A stretch of DNA of 64,000 nucleotides from Sphyrna mokarran (lineage: Eukaryota). Within the stretch, counting starts at the first letter, position 1. Every line of letters begins with the position of its first letter. The stretch spans positions 107,694,001-107,758,000 of the forward strand of contig JAGIQG010000009.1 of the NCBI GenBank assembly GCA_024679065.1, written 5' to 3'. The translations under genes and the position numbers were made by a program. Shown here in pieces: positions 35,301 to 47,852 of this stretch. A model generated the notes under the pieces. That model did no database searches. It saw only the letters and a program-made list of their open reading frames with translations, and had not been told where the DNA came from.

Positions 35301-38300
35301 TGCAATAAAACTACAATGACTGAAGCCCAATCCATCACATGAACCAATCTCCCAATCATTGACTCTGTCTACACTTCCCGTTGCCTTGGAAAAGCGGCCA
35401 GCATAATTAAGGATCCCATGCACCCTGGACATTCTCTCTTCCATCTTCTTCCTTCGGGAAGGAGATACAAAAGTCTGAGGTCATGTGCCAACCGACTCAA
35501 GAACAGCTTCTTCCCTGCGCCGGTCAGATTTTTGAATGGACCTATCTCATTAAGCTGACCTTTCTCTACACCCTAACTACAAATGTAACTTCTGCACTTT
35601 CTCCTTTCCTTCTCTATGAATGGTATGCTTTGTCTGCATAGCATGCAAAAAACAATATGTTTCACTGTCTGCTAATACATGTGACAATAATAAATCAAAT
35701 GCCAATCAGCACACCTGATAAAACAAGTGTACGGATGCCACATTCTCTTAATCGGTCCCGTGATCATATATCACCCATGCCGGAGAGTTACCATTCACCA
35801 GTAACTGAACTGGAGCAGGCAGGTAGGTGCTGTGGCCACAACAGCAGGTCAACATCCACAATAGCACGGTAGCACAGCGGTTAGCACTGCTGCCTCACAG
35901 TTCCAGGGACCTGGGTTTGATTTCCGGCTTGGGTCACTGTCTGTGTGGAGCTTGCACATTCTCCTTGAATCTGCGTGGGTTCCCTCCAGGTGCTCTGCTT
36001 TCTTCCCAAAGTCCAAAGATGTGCGGGTTAGATTGATTGGTCATGTTAAAATTGCCCCTTAGTGTCCTGAGATGAGTAGATTAGAGGGATTAGTGTGTAA
36101 ATATGTAAGGATAAGGGGCAGAGCCTGAGTGGGATTGTGGTGATGCAGACTTGATGGGCCAAATGGCCTCTTTCTTGCACTGTAGGTTCTATGATTCTAT
36201 AAATGCTCAAATAAGGAGCGTTATAGTATACTCTGTACTGCCTGGATCTCCAATGTACCATCGACAAGATGGACTACAGCAACTTGCGAAGTCTCCTTCA
36301 AGCACAATTCTTGGAAGGACAAGGACGGCAGATACTGGCGAACACCACAATCTTCAAGTTCCCCTGCAGGCCGCACACCATCCTGACTTGGAACTACATC
36401 GCCCTTCCTTCACTGCCATTGGGTCCAAATCCTAAATCTTCAGCAGCACCATGAGTATAGCGGCATCATATAGACCACAACAGCTCAAGATGGCAGCTCA
36501 CCACCACCTTCTCAAGGACAACTAGGAATGGGCAATAAATACTGGCCCAGTCAAGATGCTGCGACACTCAAATCTCATGAAAAACTCAAGTAAAAACAAA
36601 TAAGGCTGTCCAGAACTTAGTGCCTAGGCTTGAACAGGAAACCTATCAGGAGACACAAAGTCAGTTAGGATTGTACTCATTGAAGTTTAGAAGAATGAGA
36701 GGGTATTTTGCTGAAACTTATAAAATTCTAACAGAGTTAGAAAAGGTGGATTCAGAAAGAATGTTCCCAATGGTGGGGGAAGTCCAAAACCAGGCGTCAC
36801 AGGATAAGGGGTAAACCTTTTAGAACAGAGATTAGGAGGAATTTTGATTTGATTTATTATTGTCATTTGTATCAATTTATCCTGAAACTATGACCCCTAG
36901 TTCTGGACTCCCCCATCATCAGGAACATTCTGAATCTATCCTCCCTATCCTTTGAGTGTCACAGCACTTTGACTCAGCCAGTATTTATCACCCATTTCTC
37001 GTGAAATGTTTTGTTTCTTGCATTAACAGAAAGCATACCATTCATAGACAAGGAAACGAGAGAGTGCACAATGTAATGTTACAGTCATGGCTAGGGTGTA
37101 GAGAAAGATCAACTCAGTGCGAGGTAGGTCCATTCAAAAGTCTGATGGCAGAAGGGAAGGAGCTGTTCTTGAGTCAGTTGGTACGTGATCTCAGATTTTT
37201 GTATCTTTTTTCCAGTGGAAGGTGGAAGAGAGAATGTCCGGGATGCGTGGGGTCCTTAATTACGTTGTCTGCTTTTTCAAGGTGGGGGGAAACGTAGACA
37301 GAGTCAATGGATGGGAGGCTGGTTTGCGTGATGGATTGGACTAAATTTGCAACCCATTGTAGTTTTTTGCAGTCTTGAGCAGAGCAGGAGTTGTACCAAA
37401 CTTAAATTTCTTCACTCAGAGTGGTGAATGTGTGGGATTCACTACCACAGAAAGTAGTTGAGGCAAAAACATTTTAAATCTTTTAGAACTGAGCTGAGGA
37501 GAAATGTCTTCACCCAGAGAGTGGTCACTTATGGAATTCACGACCACAAAATGTAACTGAGGCCAAAACATTGCATGATTTCAAGAAGAAATTAGAAAAA
37601 GCTTTTGGGTCCAAAGGGAGCAATTGTGGGGAGGAGGCGAGATCAGGATATTGAATTTAATGATCAGCTATGATCAAAATTAATGGCAAAACAGGCTCGA
37701 AGGGCCAAAAGGCCTACTTCCAGCTTCTATTTTCTTTGTTTCTAAGTAAGCACATCAAGTTGCTCGAGGTACAGTTAGGCATCCAACACAAGAAAAGAAG
37801 CAAAACTACTTCAAGATTGCCCGGTGTACAGGGGACACAGAGACCCTTCAGAACAACATTCCCCTTCCCCCCATCCCAACCACCAAATAAAAGGGGGCTT
37901 CACTCATATCGTCAGTACTTCGCACCAACCACTTCCTCATTTGAGTCAAAGTCCAGAATAGAACAGCGAGTGAAAAGTATAGCCTTGTCTAAAAGTGGCA
38001 CTTCCTGAATGAGAAACAGAGGAGGGGAGGAGTTGAACAGGCTCAGGGAGGGACTGGGTTGATGCAGGTGCCAAATATCCAATTTAAACCTACATAAGCT
38101 TCACATGAGAGAAATTTTCTCCGTTGACTAAGGGCCGCAAAGCCAGATAGATTTAACATTCTGGAGAGGTCCTCCAAATCTAACAATTTCATCCCAACAA
38201 AGTGGTGTGGAAAATGCAGCAACGTCCCCTGGGATCAGAGCGTGATGGGGTCGGATTCAGCCGTAGCTTCCAGAGAGGGAATTGGATGAGCATCAGTAGT

Positions 38301-38890
38301 GAATAAGATTTGCAGGGCCCAGGGAACGTGGGACGTGGTGAGCTATATGCTCAAATATCTAGCACAGAGACAATGGGTTGAAGGGCCTCCCTCTGTGCTG
38401 TAACCATTCTTACAGACGAAAGTTAACAGATTCCCAGCCTATGGTCAATGCGTGCGTCCAGTGAATGAGCCTGCAGTGCCACAGGGGCTATTGGCACTCA
38501 TGAAATCATGCCCAAGCCATCAGGAATGTCTTTGACAGGGTGGCCATTTTATTGCGGCTAATTTTGCCAAAACTGAGTTTCAGACAGGGAAGCAGGGCTA
38601 ACTGTCAAGAAGGCGAGTGCGAGAGTGAAAATGAGCGAATGAGTGAGGTGAAGAAAAAGAGAACATAAGAGAGAACAAGCAAGAGAAAGAGCGAGTGAGC
38701 GAACCGTGAATGAGAGCGTGTGTGAGAGAGGAAGAGGTAGAGCAAGCAAGAAAGAGGGAGAGAGAGCGAACAAGAGACACCAGCTTTCACCTGTGAAGAA
38801 GACATCGCTGCCGTCGAGTGTCGCTTTCTCATCCGTCACCTCAAACACCCGTAGCTTCAGCTCTTCCAGAACATTCTTCACTGTCTCCAC
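26208..38890 (-). CDS. DDAH2: Dimethylarginine dimethylaminohydrolase 2, coding exons 2-6 (38890-38791, 34798-34725, 32279-32160, 30985-30842, 26324-26208); 5' partial
   Basis: Spliced translation [108 protein letters not shown]. Exons of 100/74/120/144/117 nt, all GT-AG. SKWTNH, CSMGGP and LSS are DDAH2-type (DDAH1 has SKRTNQ, CSMAGP, LTCC). Confidence 0.94.
29540..29910. repeat. Compound (GA)n/(GT)n/(CA)n low-complexity region
   Basis: Direct; similar GA-rich tracts at 31595-31730 and 38600-38780. Confidence 0.8.
30338..30600. repeat. Minisatellite of about 43-bp units, about 6 copies, DDAH2 intron 5
   Basis: Unit similar to ctcacctaccctgccttaaaggggaatgcacaccaatgtcacca. Confidence 0.85.
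30842..30985 (-). CDS. DDAH2: DDAH2 coding exon 5 (144 nt)
   Basis: [48 protein letters not shown], caccAG acceptor and CAG|GTCAGA donor. Confidence 0.93.
31105..31462. repeat. Tandem repeat of about 69-bp units, about 5 copies, DDAH2 intron 4
   Basis: Unit ctaaccccgtgctgtacctgtcctgggagtgtttgatggggacagtgtagagggagctttactntgtat; the third copy has an expanded G run. Confidence 0.88.
32160..32279 (-). CDS. DDAH2: DDAH2 coding exon 4 (120 nt)
   Basis: [40 protein letters not shown], atccAG acceptor and AAG|GTGAGG donor. Confidence 0.93.
32800..33700 (-). mobile_element. CR1-type LINE 3' fragment interrupted by an HE1 SINE (about 32975-33312)
   Basis: [26 protein letters not shown] peptide; LINE sequence continues on both sides of the SINE. 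Confidence 0.8.
34725..34798 (-). CDS. DDAH2: DDAH2 coding exon 3 (74 nt)
   Basis: [25 protein letters not shown], ttccAG acceptor and AAG|GTGAGA donor. Confidence 0.93.
35863..36200 (+). mobile_element. HE1-type V-SINE, near full length
   Basis: gcacggtagcacagcggttagcactgctgcctcacag head through ttctatgattctat tail. Confidence 0.88.
38791..38890 (-). CDS. DDAH2: DDAH2 coding exon 2 (100 nt)
   Basis: [33 protein letters not shown] with ttgcAG acceptor and G|GTGAAA donor. Confidence 0.93.
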
Positions 38891-41800
38891 CTGCAACACA
38901 AGAAGCTGCTGGTCAAAACTTGGCCCCGCTGAAAGAAAAACGAGCTGCAAAATCACACTCCCCAAGTAGGGGGTGTCGTTAACCCTGCCAACAGTCTCAA
39001 TACACTCCGAGGCAAGCAATGCCAGAATTAGATGGCAAAAATCGTCTTATAGAATGGTGCAGCGTAAGAGGCTGATTGAGCTTTTCAGCTCTGTGTAAGA
39101 TGCAAACACACAGGTAGATGGTTACCAATTTTCCCAGTGTCCAATGGGCAAATGCACTGATCCAGAGGCTAGTCTTCAATCTCATCCATCTTCAAGCAAG
39201 GATGTTAACCAGAAACCCTCTCTTCCCTCTCTGGTCAAAGGAAAAGATCCTGTGGCCTAGCATTTTGAAGAAGTTTCCACACCAATATTTCCCTGTCACG
39301 GCAAGTCATTCGATCTGGGGTCATATCCTCAAAGCTGGCCATGGGATCTTGCTGTGCGCAAATTGGATTCTGGATGTCTTACATTACAGTGGGGACCGAT
39401 CTCAACAAAATGAAATTGTCCTTCACTGCCTGGTGGAGGGTTGCCTCACAGTGCCAGGAACCCGAGTTCAATTCTGGCCTTGGGTGACTGAGAAGTTCTC
39501 CCCGTGTCTGCGTGGTTTCTTCCAGGTGCTCCAATTCCTACCACGCTTCAAAGATGTGCCCAAAAGGTAGATTGGCTGTGCTAAGTTGTCTCTTATTGTC
39601 TAAAGGTGTGCAGGTTAGGGGGATTGACCGTGCTAAATTGCCCCTTATTGTCCAACAATGTGTAGGTTGTGTGGATTGACCATGGTAAATTATCCCTTAG
39701 TGTCCAATGATGTATATGTTAGGTGGATTGGCCATAGGAAATGTCTGGGGTTATGGGAATAGGCTGTGAGGAGGGCACAGATCAAATACCTTCTCGGAGT
39801 ATCTTCTGCATAGCAGGATTCTATGAATCATAAATTGAGCTCGGTGCCAGTGAAACAACTCATAAAAAACAAGGATAGTACATTCAGCCCCTTGAGCCTG
39901 CTCACCATTCTGCTAACACATTATCCTGCCTGCCCTCCCTCATATCCCTCAATTCCACTGTAGATTAAAACGCTATTGGACTCAGCTTTCAGCATATTTG
40001 TCTCCACTTCTCCTGCCATATACAATGCCAAAGTTTAAAATAACGATAAGGGAAACTTTTCCTCCTCATCTGCACCTTCAAAGGGAGACGCCCCATTCTG
40101 AAACTGATTTGATTTATCATTGTTACGTGTACTAACGTACAGTGAAAAGTATTGTTTCTTGCGGACTATATAGAGAAAACACACTGTTCATAAAGGAGGA
40201 AAAGAATGAGTGTTACAGTCGTAGCTAGGGTTAGAGAAAGATCTCTACATGGCATGGTAGCACAGTGGTTAGCATTGCTACTTCACAGCTCCAGGGACCT
40301 GGGTTTGATTCCCAGTTTGCACATTCTCCTAGTGTCTGCGTGGATTTCCTCTGGGTGCTCCAGTTTCCTCCCACAGTCCAAAGATGTATGGGTTAGGTTG
40401 ATTGGTCATGCTAAATTGCCACTTAGTGTCCTGAGAGGTGTAGGTTAGAAGGATTAGTGAGTAAATATGAAGGGATAGGGGGGTAGGGCCTGGATGGGAT
40501 TGTAATCGGTGCAGACTCGATGGGCTGAATGGCCTTCATCTGCACTGTAGGATTTCTAATGATCAACTTAATGTGAGGTAGGTCCATTAAAAAGCCTGCC
40601 GGCAACAGTGAAAAAGCTGTTCTTGAGTTGTTTGGAAGGTGACCTCAGACTTTTGTATCTTTTTCCCTGTGGAAGAGAGTGGTGCGTGTGGTCTTAATTA
40701 TGCTGGCTGCTTTGCTGAGGCAGTGGGAAGTGTAGACAGAGTCAATGGATGGGAGGCTGGTTTGTGTGATGGATTGGCCTACTCCGATCCTAGAGGAAAC
40801 CCAGGGAGAACCTGCACAGTCACCTAAGGCTGGAATTGAACCTGGATCTCTGGTGCCATGAGGCAGCAGCGCTAATCACCATGCTGCCCCACTTCACGCA
40901 ATTTTAGTGACGGTTGTCACTGCAGATTTGATGGGCCTTTTGTGGACTATACGATTCTGTGACTCATGTCAAGGAACCAAAACCATACTCCATTGCACCA
41001 TTCACCTGCAGGAAGACTTCCCAACTGTATAAGCCATCTCCCCCTGCAACAAGGTCCAGCATTGAAAAAGCATTTGTTTGGCCATGTTTGGCAAAATATC
41101 GGGTTGGATCAGCTGCGGCTCCACATTTCTTTCAATCTGCAAATTTCACGTACAGGGAAGCTACACTGCCCTCTGTCCACCTCCTCCCCCCACCACACAC
41201 ACACACCCACACTCTTCTGGGGAGGCCGGCGGAGTTAAGTCTGTCAGAACACAACTCAACTCAGTGGAGATTCAGGCCACAATCCTGCCTTGGTGCAGGC
41301 CAGCGGTTGCCAAGGAGACCAGCTACACGGCGGCGCACGCTTGAGGTCTGACGACTTCCCAGCAGCTGGCCTGGAACCAGGAGTCTTATTCGCAGCCCAG
41401 TCAGACACCTTCCCCCCCCAGCAGCTGTTCCGCTGAGCCGACCTTTCCTGCTGTAACGTGTTCAAATGAAGATGGACTGACAGCCGCTGCATCCAAACAC
41501 TGCGGGCGCCGCAATTTGGAAGGACATCAAGGCCTTGGAGAGGGCGTAGAGGGAAGCTCCTTTCGGGAGGGGAAAGCTAAGGCAATTCAGACAACAGAAA
41601 GGAGAAAGGGTGAGGAATGGTGCCAAACCTGACTGACTGGCACAGTTCAGGCACTGGATAAAACAACAATTAAAAACCTTTATTGAAAAAAATCTTTTAA
41701 AAATAAGTGAGGTAGCTTGCATTCTGGAATTTGACGGTGGGGAGGGAATAAAAGGTTTTCTCTAGTTGGAGACTGAGACTCTGCGATCCGGCATGTTTTA

Positions 41801-42381
41801 GTCACCACTGACGGCGCTATACAAATTCAAATTGTAGAGATTCGCTACGCTTTTAAAAACCCGTGAACCATTTTGGTCGGAGTAAACAAGGCAAAACAGC
41901 TTTCAGCAAGAGAAGAATCTGCAAACAGAAGGCGCAGATCTTAGGAAGCTTGGCGAACGAGGCAGAGGTGAGATGAGGAAACGCTTTTAAACACACAGCT
42001 AGTTTTGTTTATGACGATCTGGAACGCCTGACAGGACGAGAATTGGGTAAATATTTGGAGAGAAAAATCTGCTCAACAGCAGAAAAGGAGCAAGAGATAT
42101 ATTGGCGAGGTTTTAAGACACAGGCACAAAGTGGCGAATGTTGTGAGCCTGTTATTCTTCTGAACTCACTCAGCAGGGCAAAACGCAAAAAAGGTCCCAC
42201 TCTGGAGTTGATCAGGGTTCTTTAAAGTTTAATTTCAAGTTTATTTTATTACTGTTGTACATTAACAATGCAGTGAAGTTACTGTGAAAAATCCTCTAGT
42301 CGCCACACTCCGGTGCCTGTTTGGGGACACTGAGGACGAATTTAGCACAGCCAATGCACTTAACCAGGAAGAAACCACAGG

Positions 42382-42720
42382 GTGGCATGGTGGCACAGTG
42401 ATTAGCACTGCTGCCTCACAACTCCAGGGACCTGGGTTCGATTCCTGGCTCAGGATACTGCCGATGCGGAGATTGCACATTCTCCCCATATCTGCGTGGG
42501 TTCCCTCCAGGTGCTCTGATTTCCTCCCACAGTCCAAAGATGTGCGGGTTAGGTTGATAGGCCATGCTAAAATTGTCGCTTAGTGTCCTGAGATGCATAG
42601 GTTAGAGGGATTAGTGGGTAAAATATGTGGGGATATGGGGTTAGGGACTGGGTGGGATTGTGATCGGTGCAGACTCGAGGGGCCAAATGGCCTCTTTCTG
42701 TGCTATAGGATTTCTATGCT
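42382..42720 (+). mobile_element. HE1-type V-SINE, near full length
   Basis: Head, V-domain and tail. Further copies at about 10312, 27185, 34085(-), 40250, 44310(-), 45120, 46400(-), 56290, 59030(-). Confidence 0.86.
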
Positions 42721-44614
42721 TCTACAATCACCAGCGACCCGGGTTCAATCCTGGCCATCTATGTAAATTCGGGTGACCGTCTATGTAAAGTTTGCACATT
42801 CTCCCCGTGTCTGTGTGGGTTTCCTCCCTTTGCTCCGGTTTTCTCCCATACTCCAAACATGTGCGGGTTAGATGGATGGGCCATTCTAAACTCAACCTAC
42901 TGTCAGAAAGATTGGCAGGATAAATGTGTGGGGTTATGGGAATAGGGTCTGGATGGGATTGTGGTCAGTACACACTCTATGGGCTGAATGGCATCCTTAT
43001 GCACTGTAGGGATTTGATAAACTGGAGCACCTGAAGGAAACCCATGTAGACATGGGGAGAATGTATACGGACATTGACCTGAGTTGGGAATCGAACTCGG
43101 GACCCTGGCATTGTAAAGTGGCAGTGCAAACAACTGTGTCGCCCCCCCCCACCCCCCACATTGTTACAGTACAGGCTGGGAGGGGTATTCTGATCACTAT
43201 CCATGCTGAAAAATACAGGGACAAGATTAAAGCCACAGAGAGACAGAGAATGGCATGGTAGCACAGTGGTTAGTGCTACTGTCTCAACGCTAAGGACCCA
43301 GGTTCAATAACCTTCTTGGGTGATTGACTGTGGAGTTTGCACAATCACCCAGTAACCAGGAGCTCCAGTTTCCTCCCACAGTCCAAAGATGGACCAGCCA
43401 TGTTAAATTGCCCCTTGGTGTCAAAAGATGTTTCAGATAGGTGGATTTTTAAAAAATTCATTTGTGGGACCTGGGCGTTACTGGCTGGCTGGCATTTGTT
43501 GCCCATCCCTGGTTGCCCTTGAACTGAGCTGCTGGCCAGTCCATTTCAGAGGGCAGTTGAGAGTTTGCTCAATGGTAAATGCATGGGGTTAAGGGGATAA
43601 GGTAGAGGGGAAGGTCTGGATGGAATGCTCTTTCGGACGTTGTGCAGACTCATTGGGCTGAATAATCTCTTTCTGACTGTAGGGATTTAATGATTCTATG
43701 AATCCTGGAGAAGCCGGAGTTGCGTTTGGCTTCGGTGACACCAACCCTGCAAATCTGTCTCTTCCCCAAGCTTCCCTATCTCTGCTCACTTCCTCTCTCT
43801 CCGCCCCTGTCCCAAAACCATGGGTGGAAACGGTCCCAGTTGCTCGCCTGAAAGATCCGCGTTTCGCTGACACAAGAGTTTTACCTGGCACGCTGATCGA
43901 TATTAAGCTCCTCAGTTAACATCACATGAGGGGGCATTAACTTTCTGTGTGCAAATTGCCCAAAATGTTCCACAACAGCAACTGTACATCAACAAATGGC
44001 TTTATTGGCTAAAAGATGTTTTAGGGCAATGCGGACAAGTACACAGATATACCAAGGGATTATATTACAGCTGACATATAAAAACACAGAAACTAGAACG
44101 GCCCTACAGTCTATCCCGCTATTCATTATAATCAAAGCTGATCATCAAATTCAAACCCCCTTCCCCTCCATATCCCTCTATCCATTTAATCCCAAGAGCT
44201 ATATCTATTTTTTTTCATGAAATTACATTACATTTTGGCCTCAACTACTTTCTGTGGTAGTGAATTCCATACAGTCACCACTCCCTGCGTGAAGAAATTT
44301 CTTAGAATCCTAAATTCACAGAACCCTACAGTGCAGAAAGAGGCCCTTTGGCCCATGAGTCTGCACCAAACACAATCCCACCCAGGCCTTACCCCCACAT
44401 CCCTACATGTTATATCAACTAATCCCTCTAACCTATGCATCCCTAGATACTAAGGGGCAATTCCTTAGCATGGTCAATCAACCTTAGCCACACATCTTTG
44501 GTCCGCGGGAGGAAACCGGAGAAGAATGTGCAAACTCCACACAGACAGTGACCCGAGGCGGGAATCGAACCAGGACTCTGGAGCTGTGAAGAACCAGTGC
44601 TAGCCACTGTGCTA

Positions 44615-45055
44615 CCGCGCTACCCATATTCCCCTCATCTCCTCCCTCGAAGGTTTACCCCTTATCCTCAAACTATGACCTCCTCCCCCCAAGTTCTGGA
44701 CTTTCCCCATCATCGGGAACGTTCTTTCTGAATCTACCTTGGGAATAGGGCCTGGTTGGAATTGTTGTTGCTGCAGACTGGATGGGTTGAATGGCCTCCT
44801 TCTGCACTGTAGAAATTGTGTTAGAATTTTATAAGTTTCTATGAGATCCCCTCTCATTCTTCTGAAGTCCAATGAATATAATCCTAACCAACTTAGTTTC
44901 TCCTCAAATGATAGACCTGCCATCCCAGGAATCAGCCTGGTAAACCTTCGCTGTATTCCTTCTATAGCAAGAGCATCCCTCTTCAGATAAGGACACTAAA
45001 AATGAACATAATACTCCAAGTGTGGCCTCACCAATGCCCTATAAAGTTGCAGTAA
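44615..45055 (-). mobile_element. CR1-type LINE 3' fragment
   Basis: [35 protein letters not shown] peptide. Confidence 0.8.
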
Positions 45056-46787
45056 ACATTCTAATCCTATTATATGTTTCTACATATGTGTCGATATGAA
45101 TGCACAAAGTTGCAGTTGGAGGGCACAGTGGTTAGCAATGCTGCCTCACAGTGCCAGGAACCAGGTTCAAGTCCAGCCTGGGGTGACTGTGTGGTGTTTC
45201 TCCCTGTGTCTGCGTGGATTTCCTCCCACAGTTTAAAGCTGTGTGGGTTAGGTTGATTGGTCATGCCAAATTGCCCCTTAGTATCAGCGCCCCTAGGAGG
45301 GGGTTACGTAGATAGGACCCGGGTGGGATTGCTATCGGTGCAAGCTCGATGGGCTGAATGGCTTCCTTCTGCACTGTAGGGATTCTATGATTCTACGAAA
45401 TATAGATGCCCTTTTTAGAAAGACAACCTCCTTCATTGAGACAAATTGCTCGCTCTTAAGTTCAGCCTTTCCTAATGCTCCTGTGGGATCAGTCAGCATT
45501 TCTACTGCCAATTAAAGTTTTACTGGAAAATAAAAGGAGATGGTTTTACTGCTGGGACGTTACAGAAACACAGAGATGCTGAAAGAGTAGCAAAGCTGTT
45601 TGTCCTTCTCTTCTTTTCCTCCCCAATGGTCCCACCCTGCCAGAAACGAGAAGGCCAAAGCATTTGAGAGAGTTAAATTAGACTGATGGAAGATTCAAGC
45701 GGAGGGGGGAGGCCATTCAGCCCATTACACCTCTGCTGGCCAAACAAATGTCACGCTCCAGCTCTTGATCTATAGCCTACAGGGTTACCAAATTTTCAAG
45801 TGCATCCAAGTACTTTTTAAACACAAGACATTCTGCCTCTACCACCCACTCAGGCAACGAGGTCCAAATCCCCACCAACCACTTTAGTGAAATATTTCTC
45901 GATTTCACATCAGTTTGAATCTAAGCTCCCCATGTTGTTAATCTGCCAGGGAAGTGGGATCTTCCTCTCCCTTTTGTCCAGTCCTCTCAATTAAACCTCC
46001 CTTCAGCCTCCCGTCACCATTCCAGCCAGCCTGAATTTTCCTTTCATCTTTACTTCTCCATTATGTGCCCTCTGCAAATCTCCCCCGGACCCTCACCCGT
46101 ACCCTCCCTGCAGTGCAGCAGCCAGAATTGTTTGCAGTGCTGTCGCTGTGATATAATAGAAGTTTAATGTATTTCTAGCATGTCCGGGCACCAGAGCACC
46201 CCAAAATACGTCATAAGGTCCGATTAGATTCCAGTGGACTTTCTGTTTTAGCAATATAAGCAGCCTCACAGCACTAGGTTAAAGTCCAACAGGTTTATTT
46301 GGTATCACGAGCTTTTGGAGCACTGCTCCTTCATCAGATGAGTCAACATTGTAACCTACGCATCTTGGGACACTCAGGGACAAGTTAGCACGGATAATCA
46401 TAGAATCCCTATAGAGCAGGAGGTGGCCAGTTTATCTAGTCTGTACCGACCACAATCCCACTCAAGCCCCACCTCCATAACCTCACTTATTTACTTTGCT
46501 AATCCCCCTGACACTAAGGGGCAATTTAGTGTGACCAATCTATCTAACCTGCACATCTTTGGAATGTGGAAGGAAACCGGAACACACGGAGGAAACCCAC
46601 ACAGTTATGGGGAGAATGTGCAAACTCCACACTTCAAGCTGGGAATCAAGCCCTGGTCCCTGGCACTGTGAGACAGCAGTTCTAACCACTCTGTCACCAT
46701 GCTGTTTGACATTCATTTCACCCAGGCCTGGTGATTTAGCCATTTTCAAAGAGACAGCACTTCTTACTATATTATGCAGTAAGAAGT

Positions 46788-47117
46788 TCACGGTAGCACA
46801 GTGGTTAGCACTGGTGCTTCAGAGCTCCACGGACTTGGGCTCGAATCCCGGCTCGGGTCACTGTCTGTGTGGAGTTTGCACATTCTCCTCGTGTCTGCGT
46901 GGGTTTCCTCATGGTGCACCAGTTTCGTCCCACAGTCCAAAGATGTGTGCGCTAGGTTGATTGGCCATACTAAATTGCCACTTAGGGTCCCGGGATGCAT
47001 AGGTTAGAGGGATTAGTGAGTAAATATGTAGGGATATAGGGATAGGGCCTGGGTGGGATTGTGGTTCATGCAGACTCGATGGGCTGAATGGCCTCATTCT
47101 GCACTACAGGATTCTAT
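46788..47117 (+). mobile_element. HE1-type V-SINE, near full length
   Basis: Well-preserved head, V-domain and tail. Confidence 0.88.
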
Positions 47118-47631
47118 ACTTATACTTGGACATGCATGCACGCATGGCAATTGCTTTTCAAGGAAGAGACATTAAACAGTGTTGTGCAATGAGAACATTA
47201 GCTGATTTTCCAGTTCTCTGGCCCCTGCTGGAGAATCATTCCATTACCCTCCCCGCGCACCCCCAATGCAGCTGACACCAGGCACCTCATCCTAGGCAAT
47301 ATCAAGCAGTGGCTAGATATTGGGGCGAATGGGATCAAAGGTCATAGGGAGAAAACAGGATTAGGCTATTGAGGTGGATGAACAACCATGATCGTGACGA
47401 ATGACAGAGCAGGCTCGAAGGGCCGAATGGCCTCTTCCTATCTTCCACTGTTTCTATGCGTAATGACACTATTATAATCCAGGTCAGAAACTCCAAGGCA
47501 TTTTATGACGTCAGCCTAGACCACAAGATTTGCACTTTTGAAATTGGCTAGAGTAAGCACAAGATGCCTCACTTCAAGGTATGATACAAATGACCCTCTA
47601 GGGAGCTTTTATCGAACAAAGTTTATTTAAG

Positions 47632-47852
47632 TAAAAAAAAAGCAAATTATTGCAGATGCTGGAATCTGAAACCAAAAGAGAAAATGCTGGATAATCTCAG
47701 TGGGTTAAGCAGCATCTGTAAGAAGAGAGAAGAGCTGATGTTTCGAGTCCAGATGACCAGCTTTATAATCTAGTTTTGACAAAAGGGTCACCTGGACTCG
47801 AAATGTCACCTTTTTTCTCTCCTTACAGATGCTGCCAGACCTGAGATTTTCC
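47632..47852. mobile_element. Second Penelope-like family remnant with inverted repeats
   Basis: tttcgagtccagatgacc versus ggtcacctggactcgaaa, and cagcatctgtaag versus cttacagatgctg; related pieces at 19255-19398 and 62845-63170. Confidence 0.6.

Noticed and set aside
35863-35935. tRNA genes at the many ggtagcacagtggttagcact..ggttcgattcc sites
   Set aside because: These are the tRNA-derived heads of V-SINEs, always followed by the SINE body
26208-38890. DDAH1
   Set aside because: SKWTNH, CSMGGP and Ser at the nucleophile position, plus the NCR3-like neighbour, favour DDAH2
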